Of a stretch of 64,000 nt of DNA, positions 12,933 through 26,928 are shown piece after piece; positions within the stretch are counted from its first letter, which is position 1; every line of letters begins with the position of its first letter. Source of the DNA: the human T2T-CHM13v2.0 reference genome, Homo sapiens. The DNA lies in NCBI RefSeq assembly GCF_009914755.1, contig NC_060928.1, one strand, 5' to 3'. The notes beneath the pieces were generated by a model that worked only from the letters and a program-made list of their open reading frames with translations, was not told the DNA's origin and ran no database searches. The translations under genes were made by a program, and so were the position numbers.

Positions 12933-13564
12933 AGTATTGTTAGACTATGAAAATGTACTTAAATCTTTTAAGAATGGAAGAATATTTTTGTCATAATCAG
13001 CAGTGCAGGCACTTGAAAACTCTAGCACAATATTTTTTTTTAACTGTAACTGTTTTGGTTTGCTAATGCAGCACTTACTTTTCCATATGCAAAGATATTT
13101 AAGGTCTCAATGGTTAACCTTATTTTAGTATTACTGTGGAGAAAGTTGCAATCTGAATCTAAAATAAGTCATTTAGTTTAGACTAAATGGACAGACACAT
13201 CTTTGAAGTTTATAGATACAGTTTCCAGTGACCCAGTTTTTGACATACTACTGTCGTGGTTCACTCTAGGTTTTCCAAACACTGTTTCAGTGATTACTGA
13301 GCCAGAGACAGTATGCTTGATTGTGTCAGTTTATACTTGAATACCTTTAATATGTGAATCTATGCATCATACTCACCATTTATCACTCTAACCCTCTAGG
13401 GCATATGAGCACAACACATAAATCTATTTTGGCTGTTCCTTAAATGTCATAAATACCCTGGCTATATTTGGTTTTAATATATATATATTTTAAAGAGATA
13501 AATACTGTAAATCATATTTCTGAAGGAAACATTATTTTGACAAAATGTCCATCAATTAAACAGG

Positions 13565-13685
13565 GTATATATGTTTATATATTTATATATCCTCTTTTAT
13601 ATATATTAATTATATTAATATACATATAATACATTAATATAATTAATATAATATATATTTTAATATATATAAATATATATATTCA
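13565..13685. repeat. AT-rich low-complexity palindromic tract
   Basis: Almost pure A/T with nested inverted repeats (see findings). Confidence 0.85.
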
Positions 13686-15374
13686 CACATAATCACACAC
13701 ACACATAGAGATACACAAATTGAAAAACAAACATACACATACCATAAACTGTGTTCTTGGTACTATACAAGAGTTACATCTTTTACAGAACAACATAGGC
13801 CCTAGAAATAGTATAAACTCAAGAAATATTTGTTGACTAAATGACTGCATAAGCAAATGAGGAAACGGCCTAGAAATTGATCTAAATAACATTAAAAAAT
13901 TGACTGTATCCCATCCAATATCATAGAATAATATTTTCTATATTACTGCAATTACCATATCTTTGATTTTCTTTACCACCAACCTCTTATTTGTGCAGTT
14001 ATCTTTTTCCTCTAGTGCTCTCCCTCTTTGTCTCTCCTGCCTAAGCTAAATGTAACTAAAATAAAAAATGTAAGTTACTTTAAAGTATAGCACCATGAAA
14101 TCTTCTTAGTCTGATTGTTTGGAAGTAGTCAGTGGCTTTACCCCTACAACTTAAATTTTGTATTTCAAACTTAGTCCTGAAAAGGCATTATTTGCTTCAT
14201 CTCCATAAAATTGCATTTTAGTAGCATGACTTGATGTGCTTAATAAATTAGTTATGCATCTTAATGATAGAAGACAGCTTAACCTGTCTTTAAAACATCA
14301 TCATAAAGCTGGTCATGCATTTTTCTTTAGTGTCTTCCCTAGCACTGTGAAGCTGTATGCTCATATTTACATCAAAACTCTGTCAGATGATTAGATTTTG
14401 CACATTTTTTAATGGCCATTGAAAACAAGTTCTTTAGGACCTTAATTGCCAAAGCAAAAGTATGAAATAGTTTTGATCACCATGCTGTGATCATACTTCT
14501 ATGACATTCTTAAGTAAATGGCTTACCTTGGACACACTTTTAAATATATCTGACTTCTTTTTTTCCCTTTATGGTTTTCCATCTTGTTTCTGCAGACGTT
14601 CTCTTCCTTCTGTACGCCTCTCCCAATATAGAATTTCAAATTTGTCATCAATTTTCTGTCCACATCTCCCTATCTGAAATGTTTGCTAATAAGGTAATTC
14701 TGGCTAGGAACACTCACAGCAATTCTTTGCGGGGGTAAAATGCTACTCTTCAAGGCCCAGTGTGACATCTCCAATGATTTCTCAGGATTTATGAGTTTCC
14801 TTTGTGGAGCTGACTTTCTTTATGGTGTGGCTGCATTTCTGAGGATCATCACAGTGTCAAAATTCGTTACAGTGAGAATAAGTATCTCATATGAGCCAGT
14901 TGAAAAGCTAATACAATTTAGATATTTGTGGTTATTGATAAAGATATATTTAACAATGTAGTGATTTCAGAAAAAATAATAATGGTGGGAAATATTACAC
15001 CTTGTGTATAATTATGATACATTAGTGGACTTACTTCAAGTTTAGTTTGTGCACGCTATGGAAATAATTACATGGTTTTTTAAAAGTTGTTAAGATACAT
15101 AGTCCTCCTTAGTCTTTGCTCTGCTAAAGTGGATTTAGTGTACTACAAATGGTAAACTGTTAGAATGGTCCAAGTCTAATTCATAATAAAATTTTACCTA
15201 TTACAAACTGTGGTTATATGGATTAAAAAAATGCCTAAATTTTCCAGAGAAAGTTTTACAAAATGTGTTTATTTGGATTTTTTAACTATATTAATCAACA
15301 AATATGTAGCATTTTCAATACCTCCGTATTGTTCTGTTTAAATGAGCACTTACATATTATTAGATTTGATGATG

Positions 15375-15460
15375 TTCTTTATTTTACATATGGGAAAACT
15401 GAGGCACAGATACATTCATTAAGTTCACATGGAAAAGCAGAACCAGATTTTGAAAATGAA
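15375..15460 (-). mobile_element. MIR fragment
   Basis: Contains the MIR core attttacatatgggaaaactgaggcacaga. Confidence 0.65.
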
Positions 15461-16309
15461 AGAGATAGTTATAAAGTTGCTGCTTATTGAGGAGTATTCT
15501 TCAGACCTTTCAATTTTATTTGGTGAATCAGGAAATAGATTAATTGATCAATAGGAACAAACTACGTTAAATGATTGATAAGTAATATAAATTAATTCCA
15601 AAAGTGGAGACTTCTGTGGGCTTCAGTTAGCTAAAAACATGTTATTGAGGAGACAGGCTTGATCTGGACTTTGGAGAAAATAGAGAGGCAATTAGGGAGA
15701 CATAATGTTGGAGTGAGTACATAGAATATTCAAATAAATATCAAATGTTATTAAAGCATTTCATAAATTAAGTTTTAGCGTAATTGATAGAATGTGATTC
15801 TTTGAAACATTGTAATTACTAGCTTAAAATTGTTTATTGCATAATGAGTATTATTATTATTGTTATTTTGGAACATGTTTTCCCTTCTGATTAGTTTTCT
15901 TACAATTTCTGTGTAATAATGATTACAAATAATTTTTCTTGTCAAAAAATACACGTATCTTCTCAGTTCTACTAAAATGAATGTTTTACATGAATTTGTT
16001 AGAGTAAAAGCATAAGAAACCATCAGGATCTAGAAAGGAAAGAAATGGAATGAGAATTAAATAACTTACTTGAATTGTCTTGCTTTAAGTGAATGTCATT
16101 TCTTATGATAATCACAAAAATCATTAATCAAATTTTATTTTCATAAGTTTGCATGAGATTACTTAATAGTTTTCTTGAGTCAATATAGTGTTGAAATATA
16201 ACATTTTTACATTTTTCTCCTTAGTAGGAAAGATAATCTATAACTATGGGTGAGCTTATCATCAAGAACTCCAGGAAAATTATGAAGTGATTTCTCTTGC
16301 CACAGTGCC

Positions 16310-16640
16310 TGTCTTAGTTTCCTGAGGCTGTTGTACCAAATTACCACAAATTTGGTGGCTTCTAACAACAGAAATGTATTCTCTCACAGGTCTCAAGGCT
16401 AGAAGTCCAAAATTCAAACTTGGCAGGGCTGTGATCCCTGCAGGGCTCTGGGGAGAATATGTTGTTTGTCTTTTCTGCCTTTCTTTGGCTGCACTGGTTT
16501 TCCTTGACTTGTGGTCGCTCAAGGCTCTAACCTTAATTGCATCTGCAAGTACTCTTTTTCTAAGTAACGTAACATTCATAGGTTACAGAAATTAAGGTGT
16601 AGGCATATCTTTTGGGGGTGCCATCCCTCAACCTACTTCA
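16310..16640 (-). mobile_element. MLT1 (MLT1B/C-like) MaLR solo LTR, internally deleted
   Basis: tgtcttagtttcctgaggctgttgtaccaaattaccacaaatttggtggctt...acagaaatgtattctctcacag...catatcttttggggg...caacctacttca. Confidence 0.85.
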
Positions 16641-17249
16641 GTCCTCTTTTCCTTTGAGCTTTCTTCAAAATCCCTATTTCATCTGCTACCTGTGATTAGA
16701 GCTCCCTTGCTCACTATGCTCCCCTTCTACTTCATTGTAGCTCTTAGGAAGTTGTCAACTCTCTTGTTCAGCTTTTAAAAGTACTCATTTGATTATTCTT
16801 GCTGGTGTCTAGTTTCGTGAGGTTTCTATGCTCTACATGCTGACAAGGGTAGTAAGTATGATCTCAATACAGTGAAATCACCTCTCAATAGAGTTAAATT
16901 TCTGAAGTCAGCAGGATAGGCTGAATGTGTATATGACGTAAACATGGTAAGCCAGAATTAATATAGCTGTACTGACAAGTACACAAAATTGGAAGTTTAA
17001 TTTACTCAAAGGTCTTGAGAAAATTGTTTATTATCTTTAATTTCATATACCTTTATAGGCTTCTAATTTTTTCTGTAATCTTATAGAGTACCCTTAAAGT
17101 TCCTGGAAGTAGAGAAGTATTACTCTTCTATTTTAAGAAATTACGGAAAGAAAAAGATAGAGGTAATTATTCCAGGATAAGTGTTCATTTAATAGAATGG
17201 TAATAAGGAATTTATGTGAATCACAGACACTATTTAAATGATTCTCTAG

Positions 17250-18272
17250 TATGACTAGCCAATTATCTCAGCACCATTTACTGAATAAGGAGTCTTCCTC
17301 ATTGCTTGTTTTTGTTGACCTTGTTGAAAATCAGGTGGTTGAAAGTGTGAAGCTTTGTTTCTGAATTTTTTATTCTGTTCCATTCGTCTATATGTATGTT
17401 TTTGTACTAGCATCATAAAATTTTCATCAGTATAGCCTTGTAGTATAGATTAAAGTTAGGTAGTGTGATGCCTCCAGCTTCATTCTTTTTGCTTAGGATT
17501 GCTTTGGCTATTCAGGCTCTTTTTTGGTTCCAGATGAATTTCATGTTATTTTTCCAATTATTTAAAGAATGATGTTGGTAGTTTCATAAGAATAGCACAG
17601 AATCTGTAAATTGCCTTGGGAAGCATGACCATTTTAACAATATTGATTCTTTCAATCCATGAGCTTAGAAAGTATTTCAATTTATTTGTGTCAATCATTA
17701 TGCTGAAAAGACACATGCATTTGTCTGTTCATTACTGCACTATTCATTATTGCAAAGACATGGAATCTATCCATATGCCCATCAGTGGTGGACTGGAGAA
17801 TAAAATGTGAGATATATATATATATATAATAACAATACAAGCTTATAGCTGCTCAGAGAATTTTGATTTATTCAAGATTTATATATATCTATATTTATAT
17901 ATATACTATGGAATACTACACAGCCATAAAAAAACAGTGAAATCATGTCCTTTGTAGCAACATGGATGGAGCTGAAGGCAATAATCCTAAGCAAAATAAC
18001 ACAGGAATAGAAAACCAAATATTGCATGTCCTCACTTATATGTGGGTGCTAAACTTTGAGAACACATGGACATAAACTTGGGAACAATGGGAGCAATAGA
18101 CACTGTGGACTACTTAGAGGGCAGAGGGAGGAAGGAGGACATGGGTTGAAAAACTACTTATTGGGTACTATGCTCACTACCGGGGTGCAATATACCCATG
18201 TAACAAACCTTCACCTGTACCCCTGCATCTAACTTAAAAGTTAAATTAAAAAATATAAAATGAAATAAAAAT
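17250..18272 (+). mobile_element. Older primate L1 (L1PA15/16-like) with 5' inversion
   Basis: 17250-17692 is antisense ORF2 (ctagccaattatctcagcaccattt...gtgatgcctccagctt). 17693-18272 is the sense ORF2 end and 3'UTR (gcaacatggatggagctg, cccatgtaacaaacct) with an A-rich tail. Confidence 0.85.
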
Positions 18273-18849
18273 AATTATTCTATTCTTGCACCTTCTCCTT
18301 CTGGTTGAATTGGTCAAAGGCAAATAAGAATATAATTTGACTCCATTTAGTTATGTTAACTGTTTTAGAAAATACAATAGTTACCCAATTAAAATCTACT
18401 TTTTTTAAGACGAGATTAATTTAAGTCAGAATATGAGCCTATTTGTTAATTTGGTCTTATCAAATCATATCACAGGGCAGATTGTTGCTCAATTCTGGCT
18501 TGTGATTGACTTGTCTCTGGCTGAAAGAATCTAGAGACGCATAACTTAAAAACTCTAACGGAAGAAGATGTTACTAATTAATTCTTCAAACTCAGTATAC
18601 ATCACTTAAACAATGTATTATTTTACAATATTAAATGCTTATTTTTATTATTAACATTATTCTCTAAATTCTATGTCTATCATTGTTTTAGAAATTTATT
18701 TTTAATAGCAACATCTGTGAACTATAAATACTAATAATATGTTGCAACATAGGATTGTATCCATACATGGAATATTTTGACAGAATACACTAGACACATC
18801 TAGACAAACTTGTTGTTCAACTGACATAGTTGGTCAAAAGTACAAGCTT

Positions 18850-19168
<319 letters not shown>

Positions 19169-20574
19169 ATACAAGCTTATAACTGCTCAGAGAATTTTGA
19201 TTTATACAGGATGCCAGTTGAATGTTGAGTTAGTTTTCCCCTTTTCAAGTGATGTCATGTTTTATCAGTTTAATTTATCAAGACAGTCAATATGTATGTT
19301 GGGAAAAGCAATAAAGCTCTCGTTACTGAATAAATATCACTGGGACGATCAAAGCTAGAGTAAAATCCTGGGTCAGGAACACCAACCACAAGATTCAGGG
19401 AGCAATCAGATTTCAGAATGTGATTACCAAGCTGGGTCAGATGTCTGGAGAATAGGATCTGGATGAAGTAGATACGGAAGGTGTAAGTAAGTTTGCCAAA
19501 CTAAAATCAGAATAATGAAAGTCATATTTAGAAGTCTGAGGGAGCCTTTTCAGGCTGCTACAGGGATAGGGAGGTAAACAAGCAACAGAAAAAAATTAAA
19601 ATGCCTCTTTGGAATGTTAAGTAGCAGAATGCCCCTGTTGGTGTTTCCTGCCACACCTGACAGTGTGGCAAATTAGCTTATACATTTTTGAAGAATTTTA
19701 AGAAATGGAAATATTGCATATGAGAACGCACAGTTAGTTAACCTCTCTGATATGGCATAGGAAAGAAGATTAAACTACGTGAATGATAAAGCAAGGTGCT
19801 CTCCATGTAAACTAACTTGTAAAACTGACCACTCCCAAATTTGTATGTTTTTATTCACACTGTGATAGAACAAGGTAAATCTATGGTGGAAGGATGGAGG
19901 GGGAGAAAGAAACATTACAAATTGATAGGGAACATTTTAACTGACAATAGTTGCTATACCTAATGTTTCTATTCATTTATAGTAATTGTAACCTACCCAA
20001 AGTCACAAAGATGGTATCTGACACAACTAGAGTTGGTTATTGAAAGATCACTGCTACAGGCAAGGCACCAAGATGCCTCATCCAAGCTGCATAATGATTC
20101 AGTAATTCCCTTGAAGAAAGTTAGTAACTATAAAAAGAAGGTAAAGATAAAATGTCATTTCTGACTTCCAGAAGCCCCAGCAGTAATATACTTTATTATA
20201 TACTGTATGTAAGCAGGAAATAAAATATTATAGGAATTGTGAATATTAATTAACCACATCTTCATAGAGTACTCAGAAAAGAGTTTCTGGAAGATCAATG
20301 GTTCCAAACAGATTCTAAATGATGATGGTTTAGGAAGGTGGAGAGACACATTCAATATTTTATGCAAAGCCAACATAATTTTATATAATATTTTATATAA
20401 TACTTGTTGAATAAAGAAGAATATGGCATAAAATTGAAGCAGTACATCAGAATAAGTTAATGGAGAGATTAAGATTCAGACTAAAAATTCCGGGTCTAGT
20501 TCAGTAGATATTGAGATAGTAGGATGATTATGAAGAGCGTCATATGAAGAAGTACTATACAGGTTTGACTTATG

Positions 20575-20800
20575 AGGTATGGAGTTGTATATATTTGATC
20601 TAAATCTCATATCTACCACTTTTTAGCTTTGATCTTAAGCTATTTTACATTATTATGCATTATAATTTCTCATATTTAAACTCAGATTAATGAAAATATT
20701 TCCTTCATATTACATGGAAATATGTAATATGGAGGATTACATGGAAAACTTCATGTAGCGATCTAATCATGGTGCTTACCATACATTTAAGAATTATCTA
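20575..20800 (+). mobile_element. MIR SINE (degraded)
   Basis: aaatctcatatctaccactttttagctttgatcttaagc...aatttctcatatttaaa...catggtgcttaccata. Confidence 0.55.
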
Positions 20801-21048
20801 TTTATTAAACAAATATTTAAGTGGCTGCTACAGGCAGGTCATTTTGTTATTGTTATTTTTATAATTTTAATATTATCATTACTCTTATTTTCGATATTGC
20901 TAATAACTTGAGGACGTTTATGGCAAATATATTTAGGCTGGATGAAGCATCCTAATCCTGGAGGATGACAGTTGGGGATTGGGAAGGAATCAGTGAGAAT
21001 ATTCAAATGTTTCTAATTGAATAAATTTATTTGCTTATATGGCTTTTA

Positions 21049-21563
<515 letters not shown>

Positions 21564-22310
21564 TCAGTGTATCATCTGCTCTGCATTAATTTTATGTTTG
21601 TATGTCTGACATAAAATTTTACATAAATTTTACGTGGAATTTTACATAAATAGCTTTCTAAAAATTTTCTGGGCCTGGAAACAAGATTTGAAATTGTAGA
21701 AATAATGAGTATAGTGAAAACTAATCATGTAAATATACAGTAGATAACAAAAATGATGGAACTTGTGAAATCCACCAAGAAAACTATGCTAATGGGTTCT
21801 CATTAACACTCAAATTAGATTACCTGACCTCTGGTTTATATTTGTAAACTTGAATCTCTAAAACATAAAGTGGCCAATTCAACATTCCAGCCAGTATGTA
21901 AATCTTATAATGAAAATAAAATATAAAAATATAAATAAAATAAAAAAATATAAAATTAGTTTTTATTTTTAACCACTTAAAAACTAAAGATAGCTGACCG
22001 GTAATCACCTTTATCATCCCATTAGAAGCACATAGTAAAAAATAAGTAATTAATGTAATATCATGCCCTTTGGTATACAGCATAAAAAATAGAAATAAAG
22101 GGGTACATCATTCATAAGCCTCATATTTTATATAAATTGAGCTTCTTACATTTTTCCTTTCATATACTCCTTGTCATATATGTAAATATAATAAAACTTG
22201 AAAGTTTAACATAACTTTTCCAATTTGACATAGAAAACCAGATTAATATTTATGTTTGCTGAAATTTACATTCTGTCCTTTCAAAAAGTGATGTAAAATA
22301 GCCTTATAAA

Positions 22311-22318
22311 TCTCTCTC

Positions 22319-22369
<51 letters not shown>
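22311..22369. repeat. (TC)n(CA)n microsatellite
   Basis: Direct reading of the sequence. Confidence 0.95.
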
Positions 22370-22397
22370 GATAATATAGTAGGAATAAGAAGGGTAA

Positions 22398-22615
22398 GAA
22401 TCAACAGAGTAAAAAGACAACCAATGGAATGGAGGAAAATACTTGCAAATCATATATGTCATAAGGGATTAATATCCAAAATATATAAGAAACTCTACAA
22501 CTGAAGCAGAAAACATAATTCAAATAAAAATAGATAAAGGATATGAATAGACATTTCTCCAAGAAGAGATACAAATGGCCCACAGGTATATGAACAGATG
22601 CTTAACATCTCTAAA
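22398..22615 (+). mobile_element. L1M ORF2 fragment
   Basis: aatcaacagagtaaaaagacaacc...gaatggaggaaaatacttgcaaatc...gaatagacatttctccaagaagagatacaaatggcc. Confidence 0.85.
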
Positions 22616-22769
22616 AAATTTTTAATATTAGGTTTTGGTGCAATGATACAGCTCAGAGATATGGATATACAGTATAACCCAAAGGAACGTTTAATTATGG
22701 CTTTTCTTCATTAGATTTTGGTGTTCATTTCATATAAATTATCAAACATATTGATATACATTTGTTTAT

Positions 22770-23970
22770 GTTCTTCCTCCCTTAGCCTCTTAATGTCTCT
22801 TTTATTTCTGATATTTGTGATTTGTACATTCTCTTTTTTGTTATGATCTATCTGGTTACAGGTATACTATTTTTGCTGATCTTTCCAAATAACTTTATTT
22901 TAATTCATTTTCCTATTGCGTTTCTGATTTATATTTCATTGATTTATTTCTCATTTATTTCTTTCGTTTAAACAGAAAGTTTAATTCAAGACTAATTTTT
23001 TAGACCTAAATTTATTTTTCCAGTTTCTTAATATAGAAGCATAGATATTATATTATTTCTTGTATTTAAATTTAAACATTTAATATGATACATTTTAGAG
23101 TTACTTTTATGTTTACCATCTAGTGCTCCTTATTTTTTGGGTAGATTCCAATTTCTATCTGTTATTATACTCGTGCTGAAAAATGAATACTACTACTAGA
23201 ACAGGCCTTCTGACATTAAAATCTCTCAAGTTTTTGCCAGTTTCTTCATTTTCTTTTCATTTTTGAAAGATATTTCCACTAGATAATAGACTGTGGGATG
23301 AAGTGATTTTATTTTAGTATTTTCAACATATCCAATAAATAACTACATTGTCTTTGTCTTGCAAGAATTTCTATCTTTTTATCTTTATTCTTCTATATGC
23401 TATATCCCACTCCCCTGTTTTCCCCACCCTTGCTGGCTTTACTAATTTTCTCTTGGTCTTTCAGTTCCAACAATTTATCAATGTTTTCTCTAAGTGTTTG
23501 TGTGTTTTTAAATTGTTGTGGGTTTTTTGTTTGTTTGTTTGTTTATTTTTTCCTGCTACATAGTGTTGTCTTGGGTTCTTGGATCGGCAGTTTTGTGTGT
23601 TTTGTTTTTGGCTTTCATTGATTTTATGAAATTCTTGATCATTTTCTGTCCTATTGCTCTTCTCCTCTAAGAAAACAATTTCATATATGTTATAACATTT
23701 GATATTGCCCTATAGCTGTTAGATATTCTGATTTATTTATTCTTTGTTTTTCCTCTTTCTGATTCAGTTTGTAGAACTTCTTTTGATTCAGATTCAGGCT
23801 CAGTGCCTCAACTGTGTCGATTCTGTTGATGAATTCACTGATGGAATTTTGAAACTCTGATGTCATGATTCTTATATGTAGCTATTGCTTGAATGCTACA
23901 CTTTCTATAAAGGTATAATGTGACATAATCTAATACTCAATTCCTGTCAAATGTTTGGTTAAATTCTTAC
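22770..23970 (-). mobile_element. Very old L1M fragments
   Basis: T-rich antisense L1-like text (tttgctgatctttccaaataac, catttttgaaagatattt, cagttccaacaatttatcaatg). Confidence 0.55.
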
Positions 23971-23994
23971 ATTCATTTTGGGGATATAAAAAGT

Positions 23995-24720
23995 TAAAAG
24001 AGGACACCGGTTCTGACAACCAGTGAGAAAAAGCTGAATAATCTACAAAATTATAACTATTATTCAACCCATCGAAGAGCTGAGATCACAAGGCAAACAA
24101 ATAAATCAACTTCCCCAGTATGTCACTTTGAAATAGCAGAGATCCAGTCACAAGGAAACTTAGCACTCATTCACAACTTATCTTCTTATGCCTCCACTGG
24201 ATGCTTTTTAGAAGGATTTGGGGTGCTGGCATGAAGGAGGTAACTGCTGAGGGATCATTGGGAAGCTTGCACTACTTTTCTAGACTCTCATATGAAGCAA
24301 AATCTTTATGTTACTGGGAAATGGGAAACAAACTAATCTCCACAAGCAAGGCAAAATTCCACTGCTTCTGAGGTCAAAATGTAACCAAAAACCCTTCTGT
24401 CTCTGGGGTAGGCATGCTGCCCATGGGATTTAATCAAAGAAATGTTAATGCTGAGGAAGGGTAAAAGAACGTACCTCTTGTGCCTGAAGGAGAAGTGAGA
24501 AATCATCTGGGGCTCAGGACTCTGCATTCTGCAAGCACAGGTCTGATAATCCTGGGGAAAGACCAGGAAACTCCCATCTGTTTAAGAATGATCAAAAATA
24601 AAGGCAAGGTTTGGCTTCTTTGGGGAATAGACATGCTGAGAAAACTCTACTCAAGGAGTCTCATGACCCTCTCTGTGCTTGTCTGAAACTGCGACTACAG
24701 TAGAACAACAGAGCCTACCC
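23995..24720 (+). mobile_element. Probable 5' region of an old L1M element
   Basis: aagctgaataatctacaaaattataac...catcgaagagctgagatcacaaggcaaac resembles recalled L1M 5' UTR sequence. The region is more GC-rich than its flanks. Confidence 0.4.
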
Positions 24721-25300
24721 AATTTATACCACCAATTTATAACACAAGCATACCTAGTGATAGTACATTTCCCATAGTATTGCTGTGATGATTATATTAG
24801 ACAATAGATAGAAAACACAGTGTATAGGTGGGTAAGTCCTCAGAAGACATTACTACCCACAAAAATACTCCCTATGAGTAAACTAAATATGAAATAAATA
24901 TGGTTGCCCCTTCTACTGTAACTACAAACAGCAATAATAAATATGCAGATTTAGGAAGTTTACATTGCACTCTATGGTTGATAACAATATAATTTTTTTA
25001 ATGAAGCTGTTTTAACTTAAAAACTCAACAGAAATAATTATATTCATTCAGATATTTTTAAAACATCCATGTCCTAAATGTTATTTAAGAAATCAAAATA
25101 CATCAAAATTATATAATTAGATACATCAAAAGCATATTTAGACACACATCTCATTGAAATCTCGATTTTGTAACAATATTCCTCAAAATTATTGAATGCT
25201 TTTGATTGGTGCAGAGGAATATTTCCATGTAACAACAATAATAAATAAAATCATGGTACAAGTTTAATTGTCTTTGATTGAACAATGATGAAATGATTCA

Positions 25301-25630
<330 letters not shown>

Positions 25631-26784
25631 GTAAATGATTTCACTTAGAGTAAAAGATGACTGTTCTTCTGTGAAATTCATGAAAGTTTAAAATTAAGGA
25701 AGTCTTTGCATTTTTGGAGCTACTTCTTTATATGAGGATGTGTTCCAAACAAGGAAACTAAAAATATGTTTCCTTAAAATCAAAAGTACGTTTCCTTAAA
25801 ATTAGTCACAGGGATCACTTTTTAATAAAATAACTTATTTAACTGTAGTGTTGTTGAGGAAGAATTTCATTTGGAACTACAAATTCTGTTACTCATGCTT
25901 TATAGTAATAGATGATATCATTAAAACTTTTTGGCTCTATGTTCTGTATTCAGTTAAAATTAATAAGATAGCAAATATATGGAAATATAATCTGCCTGTT
26001 TGTAACCTTTATCGTATTCAAAATTAAAAGATGCATTTGGATGGTGTAGGTTTGTGAGAACACAGAAATAGAGTTAGAAGAAAAAATTATAGGTATCTTT
26101 ATTGATTTGTAAAACCTGGAATGCCAGTTTTCTTATGTGCTTGTAATTTTTGTTCATTTTATGAGCCCTTATATAGCATCCTGCTCTGATCAGTTTAGTG
26201 TATTTATCATTAGGCTTTATTAAGCTGAACAGCAAATGGACAAATGCTTTATTGAAGTGAATAGCATATTGCAGCCATTATGTTCCCAAGATGATTTAGA
26301 CTCTGGATAGTTATTTTACGTTGGTTTATTGTTCTCACCTCCATTAGACACTATAACTCTATCATATTGAAGAAGTAGTGTGGAATAATTACCGTGGTAC
26401 ATTCATTAACATGGGAAAAAATGAAATGCTGATTCTGAATTCCCAGTATGAAATCCCTTATTGAAACAGTTCCATCTCAGCATGAGCTTTATGGGGGATT
26501 TCATAAGAGGCCGTCCTCTCCAAAGTCCCCAAATAAAGCATCTGGGGATGATTCTCCTCAAATTCTCCTCAAATTCAATGTTAACCTTTAAGAAAAACCA
26601 GAAGAAACAAATTTAAAATACCAACAAATGATGCCTGTTTTGCATCATTAACCGTAAGTGTTCACATTGAGAAATCCATACAATTGAAACATAAAATCTA
26701 GTATCTATCTAAAAATAAAAACAAAAATAGAATGGAATGAAAAACACATGCAACTGGAGTTATTAAGCTAGTATTGCTCTTTTG

Positions 26785-26928
26785 TATTTTATCTTTCTGT
26801 TTACTTATAATTTCTCCCTATTGCACAATAAGCAATTTATAGTAAATTGTAGATCTTATATATCACTGCATTCCAGCCACCTGGCATTTTTCCCTAACAT
26901 ATTAGCCCGATAAATATTTGCTGAATCA
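26785..26928 (+). mobile_element. L2 3' end
   Basis: atcactgcattccagc...cctggca...ataaatatttgctgaat. Confidence 0.55.

Noticed and set aside
25760-26577. Small tandem duplications (22-bp unit at 25760-25802, 11-bp unit at 26551-26577; similar ones near 21615, 39381, 50046 and 57244)
   Set aside because: These are ordinary slippage products, common in AT-rich DNA.
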